From positions 155,496,001 to 155,560,000 of the forward strand of contig OX597817.1 in NCBI GenBank assembly GCA_951406725.2: a DNA stretch of 64,000 nt. Direction: 5' to 3'. The position numbers were made by a program, and so were the translations under genes. Below the pieces are notes generated by a model. That model was not told where the DNA came from. It was given only the letters and a program-made list of their open reading frames with translations, and searched no databases. Positions 53,721 through 64,000 of the stretch are shown piece by piece; position 1 is the stretch's first letter, and every line of letters begins with the position of its first letter. This DNA is from Octopus vulgaris (lineage: Eukaryota).

Positions 53721-56524
53721 TCTAATTCTGACTTAGTCAATTTTTCAGAAACATCCATGAAAAACATTATTCAATTAATTCACTAAAGAAATTTTGTAGT
53801 ACAATTAATAACCTTCCACAGGAATTGTAATCATAAAATATTATGAAAACAGTATTTTTACAGAACTTAACAAGATATTAAAACCTTAAGCTCTCTCTAT
53901 TAATTCATGTCAAATTATCAAAGAGATTCAGTTTCAATTCTAAAAATGAATAGGGAAAAAAAAAAGTTGAAAAAGAACTGCTCTAAAAATGAAATATATA
54001 CTTGAAATCTTAATAACTTTTCTGAGAGTATCAACAATTATAACTATCGAAAACAAAGCAGATAAACTTTTGACAATGTAAGTAAATTTTTTAACAAGAA
54101 GTTTCTTGGATAGATTGATAAATAATATTAAAAATGCTCTTGTCAAGTGATGTTAATTGAAAGAATTATACTAATCAGCTGGGATGAAATGAATGAAAAT
54201 GAATAGGATTTTAGTGTGATAAATGAAAATTAAAACTTTGATTCTACCACCTTGTTTGTTTTATGCTCATTATATCTTTATTATAGACTTCAAAAGTAAC
54301 TGTTTAGCAATTACTAAATATTGAGGCAGCCAAATTATCAAATCTATTCAGCTTTAATTTTTCCCTCTGTACAAACTGATACCTCACATAGTCTCTCTAC
54401 CAGTGGTTATTAATCTTTCGCTTCATGACACTTTGAAGATCAAACAAAATATTATTGGTGCACTTAGCATACAAAGTTTTAAAACTTCAAGTGCACTTCA
54501 CATGAAAGTTAAAAATATTATCATTAACTGCACTAGTTAATGGATACAACACGATAGAATCAGAACTTACTGATCCATTATTAGTTACTTTCATTTCAGG
54601 TGGAGCGCCATATAATTCCCATCAGGTTGTTGGTTGAAAGGAAAATATCTCAAAATGACTGAAACTGTTTGAACAAAGCTAAATCTAAGCATTTTGTGGT
54701 CAGAGACCAACATAGATAATACTACACAAGCAATCAGAGTGACATTTCAATCAGCAAAATAACACTGCTGAGACAAGTGATTCATGTAGCCCTGACCTAA
54801 AGACAGAATTGCATAAATAGGTTCTGTTACTAAGCTGATTTAATCAGAGCTGATAGAAAATTTTAGAATAATGGTTTCTAATTGATACAGAGTACTAACC
54901 AGTGTGTCACAAGAATATTTAAAATATAAATCTAATGCTCTTACTTTATAAATGGTTAATTTAAATAAATCTTTTTTGAATGGCAACAGGTCTTAATTCA
55001 TACACTAATTTTTAAAGGTAACCAGATGTTCAAGTGAGTGACTTTTAAATAGTTAACAGAAAAAAAAAAACCAAAACAAAAAACCCCTTGTAAAAGCAGG
55101 ATGGTTATTTATGATGAATTTAATGGATAAAATAAAATAGAAATTAACTGAATTAAAAGGATCTGATAATTTCTCATAAAATCTATACACACTGGTTAGT
55201 GACATGCAATATATTGTAAAAGATATGGGTTTTGAAAAAAGGAACCAAGTGAAACAATTCACATAGAAGAAAATGCTGACATCAAAATGAATGACGTTTA
55301 AAGAAATTATACAATTCAGCAAACTCAATTTTGATGAATACATATATGTTACATAAATTTCCATACACTAAACATTAATTCATTTGTAATGAATGTTTTC
55401 TTTACATAAAAATGCTGCCAAAGGTATTTTACGAACATATATTAAACATATATGTATATAACTGAATGACAGAGGCGGTCTATTTATTTTAAATGATGGA
55501 AAAAGAAAAACCAAAATATAATTTGTCAGTAATAATTCAGATTAAAATTTCTGATTTTTAATTAAACGTTTACAACTACAGCTTATCAAAATTTACTTAT
55601 GCCACTAACAATATTTTCACTCTTATTGATGATAGTGATAATGATTAAATAATTGAAATAATGACATCGGGAGGAATAGCATTCCTTGTCCTGAAGTCTA
55701 TTTATAAAATACTGATAGGTTTAGAAAGATATTAAAAGAAAAATGTATCAAGAAGGTTGAATGCTTTCTCACAGTGATACAGAAATATATTTGATATTGA
55801 AAAAAAGAAATTAAAAAAAAACTGTTCTGTATTGAATTTTATGTTGTGGTGACATCAAGATGATAGAGATATCACGCAGAAAGAGTAATTTGTGTGCGAT
55901 TTCCCATTAAATGAGAGAGTGTATGTATGCGTGTATGTTCAGGCATTCAGTATAATCCACATCTTGAACTTTCCCCTCACCTTCTGATGTAGGCAGAAAT
56001 GTCAAAAAGAGGGAGTGGAATAAAAAAAAGAAAACTAAGTGGGGCAAAGCATTGAATAGTAATTTCATATTCAAAACAACCACCCCAACCCTCAATAGTC
56101 ACTCAGACAGCTATGTTCAATGAGCAACATCAAATGTGAATGTGTGGGTGTTACTACTAAGTCAGCTCTACACAGCTTTGCTAAGTAACCAGCCTCGTCT
56201 TAGAGAAAGTAATGCAGAATAGGAGTTAGAGCATTACATAAAACTACAGTAAATAAAACATCTGAAGAAAGCATGTAGTAGATGAATGAAACAAGACGTA
56301 GTAATATACTAAGCATAACATTTTCCAATTAAAAAAAAAAAATTCCTATTTTAGCTTGATGTATTAGTGAGTGAGTGTTAGTTATAATGTCCCAATCCAT
56401 GAAATTTACATAAAATTTGACAACTCATTACCAAGTACCCACCACCTCCTCAGTAAATGTTCTGTGGTTATTCTTCAATTCTTACAACTTCAAATCAGTG
56501 TGTGTGTGTGTTTGTATAATACAT

Positions 56525-56527
<3 letters not shown>

Positions 56528-56583
<56 letters not shown>
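56528..56583. repeat. (TA)n microsatellite (others at about 5687-5727, 17943-17970, 23177-23204, 33231-33261 and 59514-59549; (AAT)n at about 1975-2013)
   Basis: Direct inspection. Confidence 0.95.
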
Positions 56584-56586
<3 letters not shown>

Positions 56587-56879
56587 CTATGCAGAAAATA
56601 TAAACAGCAAATTTAACTATTTCTCTGGAGGTTGAAAAAATGAAGAACAGTCTTGATTGGTTTTTGAACCTTATCGGATTCAAATCAGGAGTCTACATCT
56701 TTCTCATGTATATGAACAACCCAAGATGGAATGCACACATCAACAATAAAATTAATATGGCCCACACAATGTATTCATAGATTTTAAGACTGGAAAGTTC
56801 TTAGTCCAGAGATCTTAATACTACTATCTTTCTCTCCTCTACATTTGCCTTGAATACTTCTGCCTACTGTAGTCTTCCT

Positions 56880-57310
56880 ACATGAAACAAAATATGAGAA
56901 TTGAAGAACCTTAGAGATAACCAAGATAAATGACATGGCAGGCCCTGTTTATTAAGGTTATCTAAAAAAAGCTCAAACTGTATTCTCTCCAATGCTACAG
57001 TGAGCACTATATCATTTGTACGATGTGTAAAATACTCCATCAACACGGCCCAAATGCAAAAGTTTACCTAAATTTTTGGTCACCATACCATACGTCCTAA
57101 ACAAAAATTAAGCTCACATCACAAAACACTGCACAACTTCTTTACCTCATTCAGCACTGCCTTATTCAAAATTATCCCAAAAGAAATGAAAGACGCAATG
57201 ACCTTCAAATGGAATTTGGATAACTTCTAAGATGTACTAGACAGACCATCAATACCCAGAAACATTTTAGCAAATAACTTCCTAATCAAGTGGGATATCC
57301 TAAAATAGGA
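56880..57310 (+). mobile_element. Degraded CR1/L2-like LINE 3' remnant
   Basis: LFKIIPKEMK..FKWNLDNF-like C-terminal motif. Boundaries approximate. Confidence 0.45.
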
Positions 57311-58472
57311 CTCAAAAGATTGCTTCAGATATGAAGTTAAACATTTTAAACACAGCATCTACTATAACCATGGGTTGACCAAAATCTTTTGAGTAGATTT
57401 GTTAGATAGAAACTGAAAGAAGCTTATGAATGGATGGATAGATAGATACTCTCTAAACATTACTGTTCCAAGTTGTTAATACAACACATGTTCTTTCCTA
57501 CATAGTTTTACATTTTACAAGATAATACAAAATTCACAACATATTTGCTAATTAGCATTATGCAATCTTTCAATTTTATTGAATTGAAAGAGCATTCAGA
57601 TTTTTCAGATAAAAAAGAAATTAATATGAAAATTAACCAAATAAAATGAAAAAGTGTGGAATATTTTCATGAGAAAATGACATGGTTAGTGTTACTAGCA
57701 AGACAGGAAGGTGTAAGTCTAATTAATTAAAAGTCTCAACAAAAAATAGTATTTCTGGTAAACTAAGGAAGTAAGATACACTTTGTTCCTACTCCACAAA
57801 ACCTACACATGGTTTGTTAATGGGAAGGGCCTTCATTATTCACTAGTTTGTACATTCTCATTTGGAATTCAGAGAACAAGATACATATCCATATTTATTG
57901 TATACACTTAATGTATATGCACAATATATATTCATTACATGCATATAATTAAAAATATACAGTAGATTAACTATTTATATAGCCTAAATACCCACACCCC
58001 ACAGATACTTTACTCACACACATTCATACACAAGCCATACAATTATATTACTCACAATGCACGCTAGTTGATATCTTTCCCCCATCTGTAAATACTGGCT
58101 CCAACACAAATTCAGCAACAAAGTGGGGAGGGGATGCTAGAGTTCAAGAAGCCAATGACAGAATCAATGTTTGCATAACTTGCTAGAAATAGCAGCCAAA
58201 TCATCTACAAATCATTGTTTTAAAGTCCAATGATTACATGGGCCAGACAAAGTTTATTGTGGTTGATTTTGTATGGCTGGGTGCTCCTCCTCCTGCCAAC
58301 CCTCAGTTGTTTCCAAGTAAGGTAATATTTCCTGATGGCCTAACATATTTTCACAATGAATGACATTGTTTGTATGATAGTGACACTCATTTATAGTCTC
58401 GAAACAAGGAGATAAACACACACACAAAAAAACAAAAACATATTCATATACATATACAACAGGTTTCTTTCA

Positions 58473-58690
58473 TTTTCTTATTTCTATTGCCCACAAGGAG
58501 CTAAACATAGAAGGGACAAACAAGGACAGACAACGGGATTAAGTCGATTACACTGACCTCAGTGCGTAACTGGTACTTAATTTATCGACCCCGAAAGGAT
58601 GAAAGGCAAAGTCATCCTCGGCAGGATTTGAACTCAGAACCACTAAGCATTTCGCCCAGCATGCTAATGTTTCTGCCAGTTTGCCACCTT
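58473..58690 (-). mobile_element. tRNA-derived SINE with a Nin/Deu-type central domain, nested in another SINE (diverged relatives at about 51500-51680 and 48765-48920)
   Basis: Minus strand reads TGGCAGAAACATTAG..GAGTTCAAATCC..GCCTTTCATCCTTTCGGGGTCGATAAATTAAGTACCAG. Confidence 0.75.
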
Positions 58691-59287
58691 CATTTTCTGT
58701 CAAACAAATCTACTCACAAAACTGATCAACCTAGGGCTAGAGTAGATGTCCACAGTGCCATGCAGTGGGACTGAACCCAAAACCACATGGTTGGGAAGCA
58801 AACTTAATCCCACAGCCATGCCTGCAACTTCTTCAAATCAGACTTAAAAAAAAAGTAAAACAAAAAACAGAAAGTATTGGATAACGTAGTACTAAACATA
58901 AAAAGATAAGACGGTGTAGAATACTTTGAGGTCTTCTACAACAGAACACAGATTGCGTTAAACAACAAATACCACTGGAGCCTGCCTACATGTAAACAAA
59001 TTAATGCATTTCATAGGACCACCTTCAAATTTAGAGCTGGGAGCTTGATTTACTACATGTAAGCCCTCATATTACAGCAGTCAAACTGCAAGCTAACACA
59101 GATAGTAAACAGAATAAAAAATGCAAAATAGAATGGTCACTGAATTTTCAAAAGAATCAAGTGCACATATAACTATGTCCATAAATATATAAGACTGATA
59201 GTACTGTTTGATCTAGAAAGAGTACTTCTTGTTTCATCATCTATACAAGAATCTAAAAGGAGTTATTCATATATATATATATATATA

Positions 59288-59443
59288 CTTTATTTAAAAG
59301 CAGCAGAAAATTCAACAAAACCTGTTACTCTGAGTTTCCCGTTCCCGTTCGTCGGACAGTTTTTGTTAAAATAGAACTGGTATGCCGATTCTATCAAGAC
59401 TAGTAACAGGTTTTGTTGAATTTTCTGCTGCTTTTAAATAAAG
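59288..59443. repeat. Perfect 42-bp inverted repeat overlapping a hammerhead-like motif (Penelope-like pLTR remnant)
   Basis: Arms at 59288-59329 and 59402-59443. Confidence 0.85.
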
Positions 59444-59512
59444 CATATTACTCTACCCCTGGTATTTGAGTACTCTTTTTTCACCTTGTTTCACATTTAT
59501 GTGTTTACTCCA

Positions 59513-59549
<37 letters not shown>

Positions 59550-59553
<4 letters not shown>

Positions 59554-59937
59554 GCGTCCACTCGTGACTGAGGAAGACCATTGCCGACCTTCAGGAACAT
59601 TGTGCGCTCTAGGACTAATTTATATTTTGCATTTGCGGCTCCGTTGGTGGCTAACGAGCCCCGCTCTTGACAAGCACACACGACTGCAAACATTGCAGAC
59701 CAAGCTTTCCCCATTCACTATACGAGCCGTGCGCTTTCGCGCAGCTCGCCGAAGTTCTTCATGCTGGATACATGCTCTCTCAAAAGTGTTGATCCCCTCC
59801 TTAACCTGCTTCCTCCATATCAAAGGCCTTTAACGAGGACTTAACACAGTCCTTAAATCGCAGCCTTGGTTTCTCCCGGAATCTCCTTCCATTCACAAGT
59901 TCTCCATAGAGCATCTGCCTAGGAATCCTTCTATCCT
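59550..59937 (-). mobile_element. 3' end of a different RTE/BovB-like LINE with a C-terminal zinc finger
   Basis: RIPRQMLYGEL..PRLRFKD.VK and CNVCSRVCLSRAGLVSHQRS (ORF 59620..59823). Confidence 0.85.
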
Positions 59938-60029
59938 ATATATATACATACATACATAGATATATATATATAGAGAGAGAAAGAGTGTGAGTAGGATATT
60001 TGAGGACAGATTTATGTTTATCAAAAAAC

Positions 60030-60635
60030 AGATAACTTTATTTATCAAAAAATGCTAGGAGGATAAAAATAAACCTTTTCTATAATTGTTATTCAATAAA
60101 GCCTCCTTCACCTTCAACAACTGCTTCTATGTGAGATCTAAATCATCTACATGCTTGAATCAAGTGGTCCTGGTTCATTTTGGACATTACTCTGACTATG
60201 GCAACTTTCAAAGAATCTTTGGTGGTGCTATGGATGTGTTCATTGACCTCTCTCTCAACAATGCTCCATATATAATAGTACAATGGATTGAGATCTGGAG
60301 AATTAGGAGGCCAAATGTTAGGGGTTATGTGATCATGAAAATTTTCAGCCATCCATTCCTGTGTTACTAGAGCCATGTGTGGTAGTGCAGAGTCTTACTG
60401 AAACACATATGGCCTTTTATTGCACACACTGTCTATCCAGGGCTCAACAATTATTTCCAGGACCTCAATGTAGGTGGCAGAATTAACTCTAAGGCCTTGT
60501 GGAAAGAAGTAAGGAGGCATCACATGTCCTTCATTGCTGACAACCCCTAGAAACCATGATAGTTGCATGAAATTTTGTATGCATAACACTTGGAACTTCA
60601 GAAGGGTCTGCACATAACCATCTATCATTTCTTCT
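60030..60635 (-). mobile_element. Tc1/mariner (maT/DD37D-like) transposase remnant
   Basis: ORFs 60395..60628 and 60143..60376 give GVVSNEGHVMPPYFF, PYVFQ and WPPNSPDLNPLYYYIWS. Confidence 0.85.
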
Positions 60636-63017
60636 GTTATCGTTTTGATTTTGGTTGAAGTTTTACTCGTTTCAGAAAAACCAAATCAAATCTTCTGATT
60701 GGAAGTGTTATCATGTACATTGTTTTGTTTTGGTATAAAAGATGGGCTACAGCAAATATTCTGCTCAATACCACAGATTTGCTTGTCAGTTGTCTGACTG
60801 TAACCAGCTGGGCATGTCCCTTAGTGGCTGACAATATGTGCATCTCTGATCACGAGCAGTGGGGGAGCATCATAGCTATGTGTTGAGAGGGATTTTTGGG
60901 GGTTTGAATAATTCACCTCAGGAAACATGGGTTTTTCGTTCAACATCCTTAAACAACCCTTATTCAGGGATCTTTTGAGCAGGATGGGCTACTCGACCTG
61001 AAGAAAATTCTAACTGGGCCCCACCTGCAAGGTCATGTGCTGTTTATCTTGATATGAGATCACCATGTTGCACATATATGGTTGTGATGCATGTGCCTAG
61101 TGTATCTTTATCAGACAGGTAGTCATGATGGGTATACTGGGCTTTGTATATTTTACCCCAGTGTCACTTTGATGGTATGCACTGCTCTCTCACTCAATAA
61201 TAACATCGAAAAATAGATTAGGAATGAGAACCCAGGTTTGAAATTTCTCCAAGACACCTGATGAGGACAAGTATCCATCAAATGTAAATAATGTACATAA
61301 TTCCTCATCTCTTAACTATAGAACTGTATTCAAGAAACTTGTTCCCACCTTGTTCCTCAAAACAAAGCCAAAGCTTCCATGCACACTACAGAATCCATCA
61401 TGTTGCAACTCAATGTATCTGTCAAAGTCTCAAGCTTTGACAATAAGGTCATTGCCATTCATCATGAAGGTACATAACAATCTCATAGAATCTGTCATTC
61501 TGTTCATCTGCCAACACAGTGTGGAGCATAAGCAGATATTAATATTGTTGTCATAGAGTCCAAACTAGTTGAGTTTAATTATCCTACCACATACACAGAA
61601 AAATGTTTATTAAAATTATGGGTTTCCTTGTCTTTAAAATTCATTTGAAAGCACTGGAATAAAGAAAAGTTTTAGGTACATGTGCTTGAATGTTAAGGTT
61701 TGGATGGGGTAGGCTGGTGGTTAATTGCAGACATTATATGTGCATTGACAAGTCAGTAAAATTTGAATTAATTAAGAGTGTAAACAATGTACTGGGGGAG
61801 CAAATGAAGTAGTAGTTATAGGAATGCATCTAAATTGGTTGGCCTCTAGGTGAAGAGGAAGAAAATATTGTTATTAGTGACTGTGGTATGATATAAATCT
61901 GCTTTTTAATAAATATGAGAAGAATGAAGAGATGTTTATAATATACTGATAGGTGCAACAACATCAACACTCTAACAAAGACTATTTGTTATTAAATTCT
62001 GAAATCCAAGTATTTGAAACAATAAAATGTAATTTGTGTTTGACCTTTTATAGGTTTTAGGAGGAAAAGTACAGTAACTGGGAAAAATTTGAATATATGA
62101 GGGGACAGAAATTGTAAGATGAAAACTAATATAATAAATCAAAACTTGTGCCTAATAAAAAGAACATAATAAATTAAGAATGATTATAAAGAGCAGGTTA
62201 ACATATCCATTAGGTATTAGGTTTAAAATATTCTAAACTTTAGAAATCCTGTGCATGCAAGATGAAAAAAAGTCTTCAGATTATTTGTTTAAAATTTCTA
62301 GGCTTTGCATATTGCAGAGATTGCATAGTTTCTTATCTGAGTATGACTGTTTTTTTCATGATTTTCCAGACTAGATGTTAGGCTGTAGGTTTGTCAGTTT
62401 CCAGATGTAGGAAACTAATGTTGTCCAGTTAGACCAATTAATGTTTCTAAAGGTGTGGATAATAGATGTAATACTTTTGTTTGAGACGGCTCAATATCAT
62501 ACCAACAAAAACCTTACATGGTGCATTGAGAAATTGTTCTTGAGTTTGCAGAATATGAGTCAAGGTTTGAACAGTTTCAGTGTCCACTAAACTTGTGTTC
62601 GATAAGTGATAAGCTTAGAGATATTGGAACTAGCAATATTTTGGGCTAAGTTTGGAGTAGTTAAGTATATTTCATTTTTTGAAAAATTGAGTAGTATCTA
62701 TATTAAATGATAAAGTGCTTTTTAAGGAATGTGAAGAATATTGTAGCTACTGTGATTGTTAAGTTGTAGGGTAAGTAATGCCAGCTAATACTTCTACAGC
62801 TATTGCAATTTGGGATTGTAGGTAAGGTATTATGTATATCTTGAAAAAATGACTTCTAGATAGGGCATCATTTTGTGAAAAGCCAAAGATGTTATTCAAC
62901 ACAGTGGTCCCTAACCTTTTCACTACCAAGGAACCCTTTTATTTGAGTTTTCCCATATATGTATATCATCAGCCAGGTGCCCTCCCTGTGTCCAGGGGTC
63001 AGCTTGCTAAGACTCTT

Positions 63018-63395
63018 GGCACAGGCATGGATGTTTGGTAAAAAGTTTGCTTCCCAACCACATGGACCCAGGTTCAGTCCCACTGCATGGTACCTTGGCC
63101 AAGTGTCCTCTACTATAGCCTCGGGCTGACCAAAGCTTTGTTAGTGTATTTGGTAGATGGAAACTGAAAGAAGCCCATACACACACACACACACATGTAT
63201 GTGTGTCTTTGTGTCTGTTCCCCTACCATCGCTTGACAATTGATGTTTGTGTGTTTTCATTTCCATAATTTAGTGGTTTGGAATAAGTGACCGATGGAAT
63301 AAGTACTAGGTTTAAAGAAAAAAACCTCAGTTGATTTCTTCAATTAAAAACCAGCATGGCTGCAGTCAAATGACTGAAGCAAGTAAAAAGAAGAA
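63018..63395 (+). mobile_element. tRNA-derived SINE, family A, diverged
   Basis: Plus-strand copy of head, body and the CAGTCAAATGACTGAA..AAGTAAAA tail. Confidence 0.82.
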
Positions 63396-63559
63396 AAAAA
63401 GGAAAAGTGTATGTGTATATATATATATATACATAGATAGATAGATGGATGGCTAAACTTGTGCACACCCACTCATATCTACATGCATTGTATAAATATA
63501 TAATAAGTCAGTGACTTGGCTTAACTGATAGAGTGAGTAGATTACAGGGTTTATTTTAT

Positions 63560-63985
63560 AGGTGCAGTGGTAGCTGTGTGGTGAAGAAGCTTGCTTCCCA
63601 GCCATGTGGTTTCAGGTTCAGTCTCACTACATAGCATTTGGGCAAGTGTTACCTACTAAAGTCTGGGCAGACCAAAAACTTGAATGGATTTGATAGATGG
63701 GAACTGAAAGAAGCCAGTTGTGTGCGCACGTGTGTGTATGTTTGTATATACATATATGTGTATGTTTATGTGTATCCTTGTCTTGACATCATATGATGGT
63801 TGTAAAGAAGCATCACCATCATACAAGCAATGTTGTTCATCTCTAGACCTCTGTGAAAAACATGTATGGCCAAGGAGAAATACTACCTAACTTGGAAATA
63901 GGTGAGGGTCAGTGACAGAAAGGACATCTGATGTAGAAAATCTCCCTCAGTGAAGCATGGAAAAGTAGATGTTAAAACAATATTT
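63560..63985 (+). mobile_element. SINE with a family-A head and an alternative body/RTE-like tail (related minus-strand copies at about 5040-5430, 33050-33470, 51700-51960 and 58260-58825)
   Basis: Shared tRNA-like head, then ...TACCT..CTTGGAAA.AGGTGAGGG..GTGACAG.AAGG.CATC and a CATGGAAAA..GATGTTAAA end. Confidence 0.65.
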
Positions 63986-64000
63986 ATACACACATACAAG

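Noticed and set aside
61255-61275. Hammerhead at CCTGATGAGGAC
   Set aside because: No GAAA or stem III follows. At best a deleted remnant.
61560-62890. Possible old minus-strand LINE remnant, with a hAT-like end CAGTGGTCCCTAACC at about 62902
   Set aside because: Too degraded to assign motifs or boundaries by eye.
46249-64000. WNK exon 1 (GRGSFKTVY...AWCELQ)
   Set aside because: No such coding sequence was recognised. It probably lies upstream of the window, making intron 1 longer than 17 kb.

Overview
AT-rich, repeat-dense metazoan genomic DNA. The SINE/RTE repertoire points to a coleoid cephalopod, probably Octopus (inference). The window lies inside one large minus-strand gene, a WNK (With-No-lysine) Ser/Thr kinase. 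I reconstructed 17 phase-consistent GT-AG exons by hand. They run from kinase exon 2 (46248) through the autoinhibitory/PF2 region, the CCT-like region, three RFxV motifs and the C-terminal coiled coil, and the last exon is still open at position 1. Exon 1, which carries the displaced catalytic Lys, was not found and probably lies beyond 64000. The introns hold tRNA-derived SINEs, a 5'-truncated RTE LINE nested in a deleted piggyBac, Tc1/mariner and CR1 remnants, MITEs, foldback elements and a composite tandem-repeat retroelement. The most unusual signal is at the activation-loop intron/exon 4 junction (44148-44516). Exon 4 is anomalously rich in GC3 and CpG. Just upstream sit two candidate microexons (one in-frame, adding GRWTP), an alternative frameshifting acceptor with its own branch point, and a hairpin over the canonical acceptor's pyrimidine tract. 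All splice models are hand-derived and need RNA evidence.
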